Shown piece by piece: positions 31,342 through 41,025 of a stretch of DNA of 64,000 nucleotides (position 1 is its first letter; every line of letters begins with the position of its first letter). The stretch lies in the NCBI GenBank assembly GCA_040222015.1, contig JAVJWO010000052.1:55663-119662 (forward strand). Direction: 5' to 3'. The notes under the pieces were generated by a model that was not told the origin of the DNA, made no database searches, and saw only the letters and a program-made list of their open reading frames with translations. Position numbers and translations under genes: made by a program. Source of the DNA: Coleofasciculus chthonoplastes F2-STO-03 (GTDB lineage Bacteria; Cyanobacteriota; Cyanobacteriia; Cyanobacteriales; Coleofasciculaceae).

Positions 31342-33702
31342 TTATTCGTGATTCTTCTGTTCGTCATCCGGCTGGATGTTTTCCTCCATCCGCTTAAGCA
31401 ATAGCTGTTTCGCTTTGAGGATATCGGATTCGGTTCCAGTTGCATAATGATTGTGATAGTAGTAGTAAGACCGGGTGGTATACCCTTTAACACCATTGGC
31501 AACCACTCCTAACACGGTGGCGTTAGAGATTCTCATACTATCTAGGGCTTGCATTAACGCCGAGCGATCGCTCTTACCCAAGCCCACCACCATCATCACA
31601 CCATCAGCGTGAGCCGCCAAGAGACGACCATCTGCTAGTCCTAACACAGGTGGTGTATCGTAAATCACTAGGTCAAAAACCGCATGAAATTGTTCCATCA
31701 AATGTTGCATCTTCTTGGAACACAACAGCCGACTGGGATCAGGGGGGACTTGACCGGCGGTGAGGACATACAACCGATCCCACATCGGTAGGCGCTGGAT
31801 TGCTTGTTTTGCTGTCAGTCCAGTGGCAATCACGTTACTTAAGCCGACCTGGTTATCCAGATTCAAATAGTGATGCACCTGAGGGCGGCGTAAGTCCGCA
31901 TCCACCAGCAACACTCGTTGACCCATGGCGGCGGCGGCTTGGGCGAGGTGAACGGAAACAGTGGATTTTCCTTCTGAGGGGGTGGCTGAACTAATAACGA
32001 TGGAGTGAACAGGTGTATCGCTACCCAGAAACCGAATATTCGTTTGGAGGGAACGGAATGATTCTAAGAAGGGAGACGCATTGTAGCTTCGGGATGAACG
32101 GCGAGATTTTTCACCATTGGCGGAAGGGGAAGCTGATGCTACCTGGCTTAAGTTTGCCGTAGACATCATCTGTTGTTTAAGTTGTTTTTGGTAGGGAATA
32201 ATGCCCAGTAGAGGCAGTTTGGTTAAGTCTTTGAGTTCATCGGGAGAATGGAAGACATTATCCAAACGTTCGATCAGCAAAGCCATGCCCATGCCTAACA
32301 ATAACCCAGCGATCGCACCTAATGTGATATTGCGCTGGGTATTGGGCCACACGGGGACTTGGGGGACTTCTGGCTTTAATATAATCTGCCAGGGTAAGGC
32401 TTTCTGGGCGGCTTCAATTTCCAGATTTTCCCGCACCGCCAGAAAGCGATTTAAGCTATCGGTAGCGACTTGGAGTTCTCGCTGGAAATCTGTGTAGCGG
32501 CGGGCGATAACGGGAATTTGTTTAACCTGGAGGTTGAGCAGTTGAGCCGATCGCGCGATCGCACTTTGTTTGACTTGCAAGACTTGCAGTTGATTAGTCG
32601 CTTGCACCAGTTGCTGGGTCAAGTTTGTGCGAATCGAATTGGGAGAAGCACCGGACACCCCAGCCTCGCTTAGGCTGACGCCCAAAACGTTTTGGGATTC
32701 TTGGCTAAGTAAAGGTAAGAGATTATCCCGTTTCTGGCGTAAGGCTTGCATCGTGGGACTTTGTGGCGTAAACCTTGCCGATTCTAGGGCGATCTGGGAT
32801 TCAAGTTCCGCGAGTTGGTTGAGTAACTGTTGGTAGCGAGGGGCTTCACTGAGGCTGACTGTGGCAATTGCTTGCTGGGGTGATAATCCCAACTGTTGTA
32901 AGAGCGTGTTATAAAGCGATCGGGTTTCTTGATACTCAACCTGAGTTTGTAACTGCTGCTGTTCGATCGCGCTCACCCGTTGGGATAACTCTTGGGCTTG
33001 GATTTCCGGGTCGAGGAGGTTATGTTGTTGGCGAAAGGCTTGCAATTGTCCTTGCAGTTTATTCACGCGATCGCGCAGCACGGGTAATTGGTCATCAACA
33101 AACTGAATTCCCTGTTTCAGGTTCAGTTGTCGCTCTTGCAGGGAGTAACGTAGATAGCCTCGAGCGACTTCGTGTAAAACCCGCCGCACTCTTTCCGGCT
33201 CAGTATCCCGATAACGCCCTTCCAGGATCTTGGTGTCCCCCAGTCGGCTGACAATTAGCTGACTCATTAAGGACTCGTAACTGACCTCAGGATAATGCTT
33301 GTGGATCTCTTGGACAATAGCCTCCATTAGCTGAGGAGAGCGTAACACCTGAATCTGGGTATCATAATCCAGTGTGGAATTCCGTCCATCACCGCCACCC
33401 ACTGCTTCCGTGAGTTTGTCTAAGTCTCCTTCTTCCGTGACGGGTTCAACCAACAGTTGAAACTTGCTCTCATACTTAGGGGTTTGATTCAACGTCCAAA
33501 AACTGATTCCCGAGGTCACCGCGATCGCGACTCCAGCAATCACTAAAGCCCGACGCCGAATCACGTTGACTAACTGTCGCAATGTCCATTCATCAGGCTC
33601 GGGTTCCGGAGGTGGAGTCCGGTAGACCATCGGTGGTGCATACTGCGGGTGTTTTCCATTACCATTAGGCGATAATGGTGGTTGAATCTGACCGATCTCC
33701 AT
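31342..33702 (-). CDS. wzc: Polysaccharide co-polymerase/tyrosine autokinase (Wzc/GumC)
   Basis: Two transmembrane segments flanking a coiled coil, Walker A PSEGKST, DADLRRP, YDTPP, C-terminal Tyr cluster YTTRSYYYY. Confidence 0.92.
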   Translation of the reverse strand: MEIGQIQPPLSPNGNGKHPQYAPPMVYRTPPPEPEPDEWTLRQLVNVIRRRALVIAGVAIAVTSGISFWTLNQTPKYESKFQLLVEPVTEEGDLDKLTEAVGGGDGRNSTLDYDTQIQVLRSPQLMEAIVQEIHKHYPEVSYESLMSQLIVSRLGDTKILEGRYRDTEPERVRRVLHEVARGYLRYSLQERQLNLKQGIQFVDDQLPVLRDRVNKLQGQLQAFRQQHNLLDPEIQAQELSQRVSAIEQQQLQTQVEYQETRSLYNTLLQQLGLSPQQAIATVSLSEAPRYQQLLNQLAELESQIALESARFTPQSPTMQALRQKRDNLLPLLSQESQNVLGVSLSEAGVSGASPNSIRTNLTQQLVQATNQLQVLQVKQSAIARSAQLLNLQVKQIPVIARRYTDFQRELQVATDSLNRFLAVRENLEIEAAQKALPWQIILKPEVPQVPVWPNTQRNITLGAIAGLLLGMGMALLIERLDNVFHSPDELKDLTKLPLLGIIPYQKQLKQQMMSTANLSQVASASPSANGEKSRRSSRSYNASPFLESFRSLQTNIRFLGSDTPVHSIVISSATPSEGKSTVSVHLAQAAAAMGQRVLLVDADLRRPQVHHYLNLDNQVGLSNVIATGLTAKQAIQRLPMWDRLYVLTAGQVPPDPSRLLCSKKMQHLMEQFHAVFDLVIYDTPPVLGLADGRLLAAHADGVMMVVGLGKSDRSALMQALDSMRISNATVLGVVANGVKGYTTRSYYYYHNHYATGTESDILKAKQLLLKRMEENIQPDDEQKNHE

Positions 33703-33927
33703 CTTCCCCCTACTCCTTCTGCGTGGATTGAGCGCGTTCGTCAAAAAATCATTTTACCTTGTTTAATTGTGTACCAGGTTGGCTCAAAATCGTCACGAAT
33801 ACCGCTGAAATTTACAAATTTGATCGGAGTAGGGAATCAGCCATCAACAATCCAATTCCTCAAAAACGGTAACAGAAGCAACAATATCCCTCTTTTCTGT
33901 AGAGACGTGCCATGGCACGTCTCTACT

Positions 33928-35445
33928 CTAAAATCCAAAAAATCTAAACACCGAAAACACGCTGCCAATAGGACTGACAATTGTCCCCAAAGTATCCGTG
34001 ACTCGGGTCAAACCGGAACGTCTGACAATAATCACATCATTGGGGCGCAATGGCGGATTGCTTTCATCGTTAACATCGGCAGTAAAATCCACCTCGATTT
34101 CCCGTTTTTGCACGGTGCCATTGGGTTGGAGACGAATCAACTCCACAGAACTCTTACGGGCGCGACGGTTATCAAATCCGCCCGCTGCTAACAGGGCTTG
34201 ATTCAAGGGTGAGTTAGCCGCAATGGAGACTCTACCGGCTCTCTGGACTTCTCCTACTACATTGACATTGATAATTGCCGCCGAGAAACTAGCAGATGCC
34301 AATTCCGTGGCTTCTGAAGCGGTCAGAGTTTCGGCTTCCGGGACTCTAATCGTGTCTCCCTGTTGCAAAATCACATCTTCGGCGAGATTTCCCTCTTGCA
34401 GGAGGTCCCAGAGATTGACAACGATTACTTGCTCAGAGCCATCTCTGGTGGTACGTCGCACTTCCACGTTACGAATATCGGCAGATTGTGTAATACCGCC
34501 CGCCACTTGAATCGCTTGAGTTACCGTTGGCGGTTCTGTACTACTACCACCACCGACATTACGATTACTGCCACTGGCACTGTCAGCTGTAGCGGCTCCC
34601 GATGTGGCAGCGGTTACGGTATAAGGACCCGGACGCACCACTTCCCCGACGACGGCGACTTTAATAGGTTTGACCGCTTCGGCTGAAAAACTCGCAGTTG
34701 CTAGTTGACGGCTTTCCACGAGGTCAATTCCGGTAGTGGTGGGGATGAAGATTTCATCGCCATCTCGCAAGGTCACATCTTGGCTAAGATCGCCATTTTG
34801 CAATAACTGCCAGAGATTCACCGTATACCTTTGGCGGGTAGCTAAGTTAGTCAGGCGGCGGATTTGCACATTTCGGACATCAGCCGAGCGAGTAATGCCG
34901 CCAGCCACCTGAATCACTTCAGTCACGCTAGGAAATTGTTGTCCTTCGTTGAGGGTGACGTTGTAGGAACCCGGACGATTGACTTCCCCACCGACAGCAA
35001 TTTTTAGGGGGCGAGCATCAATCAGGGTTAAGGTGACTAAAGGGCGTCTGACAAAGGGAGCATATCGCTGAGAAATCCGTTCACTAGCTTCATTGATGCT
35101 TAACCCTTTGACAGGGATACTGCCAGCAACGGGTAAATTGAGGGTACCATCAACTAAAACCTGGTATTCTCCAGTGTATTCGGGAACATCAAAGATCGTT
35201 ACGCCCACGCGATCGCCTGCTCCGAGGGTATAAGGTAAGTCGGGTGGTGGATTCGTAACCGTCGTGGGTGCAAGGGGCGAAAATGTGGGGACTTGCGCCA
35301 TTCCCGGAAGCGGTGCGGTTACGGCAAAAAAGGCGAATAGGGTTAAACCTGCCACAGATGGCGTTAAATGCTTGCTCAAGTTGATCCTCTCGATCCCCAT
35401 GGTGCGAAAATCATGAATGGGTCTTTTAATTCTCAGTTTAGTCAT
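33928..35445 (-). CDS. wza: Polysaccharide export protein with SLBB repeats (Wza)
   Basis: YTLGAGD...DGTLNLP Poly_export domain and three GEV.RPG/AGG SLBB units; adjacent to wzc. Confidence 0.9.
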   Translation of the reverse strand: MTKLRIKRPIHDFRTMGIERINLSKHLTPSVAGLTLFAFFAVTAPLPGMAQVPTFSPLAPTTVTNPPPDLPYTLGAGDRVGVTIFDVPEYTGEYQVLVDGTLNLPVAGSIPVKGLSINEASERISQRYAPFVRRPLVTLTLIDARPLKIAVGGEVNRPGSYNVTLNEGQQFPSVTEVIQVAGGITRSADVRNVQIRRLTNLATRQRYTVNLWQLLQNGDLSQDVTLRDGDEIFIPTTTGIDLVESRQLATASFSAEAVKPIKVAVVGEVVRPGPYTVTAATSGAATADSASGSNRNVGGGSSTEPPTVTQAIQVAGGITQSADIRNVEVRRTTRDGSEQVIVVNLWDLLQEGNLAEDVILQQGDTIRVPEAETLTASEATELASASFSAAIINVNVVGEVQRAGRVSIAANSPLNQALLAAGGFDNRRARKSSVELIRLQPNGTVQKREIEVDFTADVNDESNPPLRPNDVIIVRRSGLTRVTDTLGTIVSPIGSVFSVFRFFGF

Positions 35446-35533
35446 ATTTATTACAGATGTCTTGGTTCATTCGTGATCAGCTCACATTACCGTTGAAGCT
35501 AATGGGGACGAAAAAGTTCATTTTGCCAAACCG

Positions 35534-36340
35534 TTAAACTCTCAAAACCTGAATCAGAATTCCCTGCTGAATCAGATGATCAATATGCTGTTTAACGTGA
35601 CCCGCTAAGTCTTCACTTTTAACTAATAATCCCATTTCCATATTCAGGGTTAGGGCATATTCAGTTAAATTGGCACTAGAAATAAACAGGTGTTTGCTAT
35701 CTGCGATCGCACATTTGACGTGAAGGGAACCATATTTGCCCTCGTGATTGATAGGTCGTCGCTGTTTGGGCCACACCAACACCTGTGCCCGTTGTATCAC
35801 TTCCGCTCCCAGTGCTGCACTGACACTGAAAGCGATTTTACCGTCACCGGATTGGGGCGTTTCGACTAGAATTCGTAAGCTGACCCCTCGATTCATGGCT
35901 GCCACTAACGCCTGGGCAATTTCTGGCACCTTGTAAACGGCAAAACTGATAATCGTCAACTCCTGTTTGGCTTCCCGAATGAGTTGCAACAGCACTTGGT
36001 CAGTGCGGCGCAGGGGAATGCCTGGGGATTCGGGTCCTGTCCAAACTAACTCCACCGATAACGCTTCTCGTGCTGTGGCGACACCGTAGGCGGCAGACGT
36101 CAGAGCTGCCGCGAGTGCGCGACTATCCAAATCGTTGGCGTCTTGTTCCCAGGTTTCGAGTAGATTGGCGACGAGGCGGCGAAAGTTAGCATTGGCAAGC
36201 TGGTTTAAAACGGTGGCTTTGAGTGCTTCATGACAAGACGTATCAGAACTCGTGGCTAAGAGTCGGGTTACGGATTCCACAGCGACTAGGGGAAGCGACT
36301 GGGCAACCGAGTGAATGGCAAATAGCAGTTTAGGAGTCAC
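35534..36340 (-). CDS. drmC: DISARM phospholipase D-family nuclease DrmC
   Basis: ELVWTGP, single HKD motif HVKCAIAD...SANLT...NMEMG; last gene after drmB with GTGA overlap. Confidence 0.88.
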   Translation of the reverse strand: MTPKLLFAIHSVAQSLPLVAVESVTRLLATSSDTSCHEALKATVLNQLANANFRRLVANLLETWEQDANDLDSRALAAALTSAAYGVATAREALSVELVWTGPESPGIPLRRTDQVLLQLIREAKQELTIISFAVYKVPEIAQALVAAMNRGVSLRILVETPQSGDGKIAFSVSAALGAEVIQRAQVLVWPKQRRPINHEGKYGSLHVKCAIADSKHLFISSANLTEYALTLNMEMGLLVKSEDLAGHVKQHIDHLIQQGILIQVLRV

Positions 36341-38202
36341 TGGAAAAAAGCTAAGTCAGTCAATTGCACGGTGGGAATCAACAACGCCCGATCAAGGTAC
36401 TTATTACCCCGTTCGCAGGACGTTTCCGGACTGAACAAGCAAGCATGACAAGCCGCCCAGTGCAATGATGCTGTACCCGATAGCGGTGCATGTTCGGCAC
36501 AGAGGGGATCAGACGAACAAAGACGCATTTGTTCCAGGGCTTGGGCAATATGATGTCCCAAGATGGCAGGTTGCCCTAAATTGACTAACCCGCCTAGGGT
36601 TCCCTCGCTATCAGGAGCGGCGGTGTAAATTAAAAGTCCTGCCTGAGAACCATTCTCATCCTCTGGCGGTCTGGAATAGATTCGTTCCCGCAGACTAGCC
36701 GCATTGTACCCGCATTCGATCGCAAGCTGCCGCATCAGGGCGTGGGAAAAGGAGTGCAGCAGCATATAGCGAATACCCGGAAATCGTACCTTGTCCGGGT
36801 CTAGGGAGCGGACATTGCACCAATTTTTATGGGCTTCCCGGCTACGTTGTTCGTGCTTCTTGACAGCGGGACGTTCTTCCCAGGCGTTCAGGACGGATTC
36901 TTGGAATTCCAGAAAAATGCCCTCGCCTTTCACTTCCGTGGTTGGCACCCATTGAGGAGAGTGTCGGCTGATACAAACCTGGTAATCATCGGGAATTTCT
37001 TCCGCATCAGCAAAATCACCAGGGGATTGAATCCGGGTAAAGCCAATCAAGGCGCGTACTTCCCGCAGGCGCTTGACCAGAACGGCTTGATTAAACCAGT
37101 GTTCGTAACCTTTGGGCGGTGCTACGGGGTCGAGTTGAAACTCCTTTGTATTCTTGGTGGGGTCAGCTTGGGAAAAGATTTCCCACTCCGGAGTTTTCAA
37201 ATCTCCCGCACGGATAATATCCTCCTGTCCTGTTTGGCGTTGCTCGATTTGTACCCAAATCTCGTCTAGAGGATATTGGGCAAATTCTTGGAGTTGCCCC
37301 ATCGCTTGCATGGCTGTGAGGATACCGTTAAGAATTTCTGGACTGGTTGCTTTGCTTAAGGCTGTCCAGTACTGCTCCACGAGCTGCCCTAGCTGACTCG
37401 ATGCGGTGGGAATAGAAAGGGCAGAAAGGGTGATACCAAACCAGCTATTTGAGGCTCCCAAAAGAATGCTTTTCATCTGCTGATCACAGGAGTCGTCAAA
37501 GCTACGCAGATGGGGATGACGACCTCGACAGCGGGGCATATTTTTTTTGCCCGATTCCCCAAAGGCATCGGATAATCGCCGAGGTGGTGTATCGCAACCA
37601 TTGCATTTAACCACAATATCTGTAGCGGAACCGGAAACGCCCAATTCCTCTAAGCGTAATGAACCTTTACACTCAATATTGCCTCGGTGAACGAAATACA
37701 TCCAGGGGAAATCATCGAGATGTCCATGTTCACAAGCGACCAAGAATCGAGCTGGAATTACCGGGGGCGGCTTGATCGTTCTGTGGCAATTTTTATGAAC
37801 GTAGCACGTCTTATCCGGTCGGTAAGGATTGGGTTTCAGGGCAAAAAATTCCGATTGTAATGGGGCAAGTAAGCGACATTTGGGACACACCATCCAGCTA
37901 GGAAAAGGGGCGACGGGAATGCCGATTCGGGATAGTTCACTTAGGGAGAGGGTGGAACTCTGCTCATCTGGGGGGATGGGCGGTGCTTTAAGCTGTTTTA
38001 CCTGTTGCCCCAATTCCCCACGCACGGCGGCAAGCAGGCGTTCTTCTGCTAGTTCAATACCCCGGTTTTTGTCCCAATCTTCCAGTCCCATGATCATAAC
38101 TGAGAGATTGGGTAAGTCTGCGATCGCACCAATGCCAAAGGAAAATAAAATTTGGCTGGGTCGCAGTTCGCCGACTTTATAGCTGTAGTTGGACTGATTC
38201 AT
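36337..38202 (-). CDS. drmB: DISARM DUF1998 protein DrmB
   Basis: GELRPSQ...FGIGAI, ACEHGHLDDFPW, LLHSFSHALM, DSEGTLGGL, CSSDPLC...ACHAC...SCERGN. Confidence 0.92.
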   Translation of the reverse strand: MNQSNYSYKVGELRPSQILFSFGIGAIADLPNLSVMIMGLEDWDKNRGIELAEERLLAAVRGELGQQVKQLKAPPIPPDEQSSTLSLSELSRIGIPVAPFPSWMVCPKCRLLAPLQSEFFALKPNPYRPDKTCYVHKNCHRTIKPPPVIPARFLVACEHGHLDDFPWMYFVHRGNIECKGSLRLEELGVSGSATDIVVKCNGCDTPPRRLSDAFGESGKKNMPRCRGRHPHLRSFDDSCDQQMKSILLGASNSWFGITLSALSIPTASSQLGQLVEQYWTALSKATSPEILNGILTAMQAMGQLQEFAQYPLDEIWVQIEQRQTGQEDIIRAGDLKTPEWEIFSQADPTKNTKEFQLDPVAPPKGYEHWFNQAVLVKRLREVRALIGFTRIQSPGDFADAEEIPDDYQVCISRHSPQWVPTTEVKGEGIFLEFQESVLNAWEERPAVKKHEQRSREAHKNWCNVRSLDPDKVRFPGIRYMLLHSFSHALMRQLAIECGYNAASLRERIYSRPPEDENGSQAGLLIYTAAPDSEGTLGGLVNLGQPAILGHHIAQALEQMRLCSSDPLCAEHAPLSGTASLHWAACHACLFSPETSCERGNKYLDRALLIPTVQLTDLAFFQ

Positions 38203-38223
38203 TGGCAACAGGGAATAGTTATC

Positions 38224-41025
38224 TTATGATTCCTCTGGCATTTCCATACCCATAGGTTGGGGTAAACGAGAGAAATCTTCATCGGGGGGTTGGTCGGTGA
38301 GGATTAAACCCACTGTTGGTTCTACGTTTCGCAGGGAGTTCAGACAGGTAAAATCCTGCCATTCCTTACTGCCTGCGGCGTCGAGTAACTCAATCGTCGT
38401 GCCATCCCGCTTGTCGGCTTGATACTTGAGGATGCCACCTCCCAGCAGATTCTCGGCTTTGTGCTTCCATTTATCTAACCGAGTTTCCAGTTCCTGGCGG
38501 ACGTATTCCCCGATTTTGACATCCTCAATTAAGCTGGCTCGCTGTACAATGGCGTCAATGGCGGCTTGAATGTAAGGATGATCGCGTTCGATGCGTCCAG
38601 CCGAGTCATTTTTATTGAAGTCTTGACCCGATTGCCGCACCAAAGAAACGAACAAGGCAGTTAAGCCCCGATACAACGCACCCGAGGCAAAGGGAGTGAC
38701 CGAAAGTGCTTCCACGTTTTGGTAAAAGGTGGCGTGGTAATGGGCAAAGCGTTCGTAATGGGACAAATCTCGGGGTCTTGCCCAGTTGTAGACGGTAATG
38801 ACTAAACCCGGATGGGTGCGTCCCACCCGCGACGTCGCCTGGATATATTCAGCCGTATTCTTGGGTTGACCGCAGGCAACCATGACGCCCAAGCGTTTCA
38901 CGTCTACCCCGACGGAAATCATGTTGGTGGCGAGGATAACATCTAAGGGGTCAAGTTTTTCCACCTTTTGTCCGGCTTTGCGTCGTGCTTTGGTTTCGGC
39001 TTGCTGTTGGGGGTTAAAGGGAGTTTCTAAGCGATCAAGGATAACGGGAATGTCGGTGGAGTCTTTGCGCGAGGTGAGTTCATCGATGGTGATGTTCAGG
39101 CGTTTTGCCAGTCCCCGCCGATCCATTTTGGCGAGGCGGGAGGTGATGTCATCTTCCACCAGACGGCGAGTACCGCCTAATTCCCGCAGGGAGTTGAAGT
39201 AACCCACCAACGTCATCCAAGGGTCGGCGTGTTCTCCATAGTTTTCATACAGGGCTTGAGACGCAGCAAGACTAGCCACGTAAACTCGGATAATCGCTGC
39301 TTTCAGTCGGCGTCCAGGGGCGCAAATGCCCAGGTAGCGGCGACCGGGGGTTTTTGGGCTGGGTTGGCGCTGTTTGGAGAAGAAGTTATCCTCGACATCT
39401 AATCCGGGCGGCGGGAAGACGTGCAGTTTCCGCAAGAAAAGGTTGTGAACTTGGGCTTGGGCTTGGCGAATTGTGGCAGTGGAGGCGACGACTTTGGCAC
39501 GTACCCGCTTGCCATCGACGTTCCAAGAGGATAGCTGGTCTATGGCTGTTTCGTAGAGTCCGACTAATGTCCCTAAAGGACCGCTAATCAGGTGCAGTTC
39601 GTCTTGGATAATCAGGTCAGGGGGACGCAACAGGGGATGAGGTAGGGTTTTGGCGGCGGGTAAATTACCTGTGCGGTTGTGGCGGTTTTTATCCTCTACA
39701 TCGGGGGAACGAAAGCCGTGGCGTTGGCAATACCCGTTTACTTGCCCGAATAGCATTTGTACTTCCCCTTTCCAGGGCATTTGGGCAAATTTATCAACGG
39801 TGGCGATTAATAGGGCAGGTAAGCGGCGATAGATTTCTTCATCGACGACTAAAACGGGTAAGCCTTCCCCTTTGGAGAAGGGACAGCGACCGAGGGGGTC
39901 GCCACAGCGAATCAAGGTGCGACCTCTGCCTTTTTCGACGGGTTCGACGTGAATATGTTTGCCCGGTTCAATTTTGCTGCCGCACCAGGGACAGTTGGTG
40001 AGTTGGTGGGGGGAACCGCCGCTATGGTTTTGGTATTGTCCCCGGGATTGTTTGGTAAATTCTTCACTTTGGGAGGTGTAATTGGGTGTGCTGTTCTGTC
40101 CCACCCATAACCCAATGCGGATGGGTTCAGTCCCCCATGTTTGTTCGTCGTTTCGCCGGATGGCTTCACAGGCACAGATTAAGGCAGTTGCCCGTTGGAA
40201 TTGTTGCAGCGTCAATAGGCGCTCGATGAGGTTTTGGATACGGACACCCTGCATGGGATAGCGTTTCCAAATTTGTTTGGGAGTGCCATCTTCCTTAAAG
40301 CTGAGTTGGCTTTTCTCTTTTTTATAGGTTCCCCATTTGGCAGTGATTTGCAATTGTTCCGCCGCACCACTGACACAAAAGGTCATGCCAAATGAGGAGG
40401 GGAACATGGTTTCTGAGGGAGGAATGGTGGCTTCGGTTGTACCTTCCTCGCTATTACCTTTATCTGCAACGGTTAATTCGTCCTGTTGTTCTGGTTTTTC
40501 TTCTGGGGTTTTGTTACGGTGCAAGGGGGCAAGTAAACCGATAAGATAGCGATCGCTAACACTACTTTCTTCAATCTCCTCTGTTTCACCATTGACGGGT
40601 CCGAGGAGGTCATTGAGAATTGCTGTTTCAAATTCGGCGCGGATGCCCTCACTCCCTAATGCCCTCTCCCCTAGGATAGGGGGTACTTGGATAGGGGGGA
40701 CTGGAGAGGGGACTGGAGTCCAAACTTCAGGGGTAGTTTGGGGCGCTGGCTGAGACGGGGAACGCTTTTTTTTGGTTTTTGTTTCTTGCTTTTTGAAGAA
40801 ACGGCTAATTTCAGCGATAATATTATCCGCGATCGCACCATTAATTCCCACTTCATCGGCATGGTCAGAAAGGTCGAGTCCTGCTAGCAAAACGGTCAAC
40901 TGCTTTTCTGGGGCAGAAACCACAGCACTCCAATCTAATTGTGCCGTGCGATCGCGCAGTTGTTGATTAATTTGGCTTAAATTTAGGTCGCCAGGGAGGA
41001 CGGGGGGAAGCGGGATTGCTTTCAT
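38224..41025 (-). CDS. drmA: DISARM helicase DrmA with N-terminal extension and an in-frame internal deletion (probably inactive)
   Basis: DLLGP...DRYLIGLLAP, RLLTLQQFQRA, QDELH, STAT, ATNMISVGVDV, QATSRVGR; no Walker A GKT is present. Confidence 0.85.
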   Translation of the reverse strand: MKAIPLPPVLPGDLNLSQINQQLRDRTAQLDWSAVVSAPEKQLTVLLAGLDLSDHADEVGINGAIADNIIAEISRFFKKQETKTKKKRSPSQPAPQTTPEVWTPVPSPVPPIQVPPILGERALGSEGIRAEFETAILNDLLGPVNGETEEIEESSVSDRYLIGLLAPLHRNKTPEEKPEQQDELTVADKGNSEEGTTEATIPPSETMFPSSFGMTFCVSGAAEQLQITAKWGTYKKEKSQLSFKEDGTPKQIWKRYPMQGVRIQNLIERLLTLQQFQRATALICACEAIRRNDEQTWGTEPIRIGLWVGQNSTPNYTSQSEEFTKQSRGQYQNHSGGSPHQLTNCPWCGSKIEPGKHIHVEPVEKGRGRTLIRCGDPLGRCPFSKGEGLPVLVVDEEIYRRLPALLIATVDKFAQMPWKGEVQMLFGQVNGYCQRHGFRSPDVEDKNRHNRTGNLPAAKTLPHPLLRPPDLIIQDELHLISGPLGTLVGLYETAIDQLSSWNVDGKRVRAKVVASTATIRQAQAQVHNLFLRKLHVFPPPGLDVEDNFFSKQRQPSPKTPGRRYLGICAPGRRLKAAIIRVYVASLAASQALYENYGEHADPWMTLVGYFNSLRELGGTRRLVEDDITSRLAKMDRRGLAKRLNITIDELTSRKDSTDIPVILDRLETPFNPQQQAETKARRKAGQKVEKLDPLDVILATNMISVGVDVKRLGVMVACGQPKNTAEYIQATSRVGRTHPGLVITVYNWARPRDLSHYERFAHYHATFYQNVEALSVTPFASGALYRGLTALFVSLVRQSGQDFNKNDSAGRIERDHPYIQAAIDAIVQRASLIEDVKIGEYVRQELETRLDKWKHKAENLLGGGILKYQADKRDGTTIELLDAAGSKEWQDFTCLNSLRNVEPTVGLILTDQPPDEDFSRLPQPMGMEMPEES

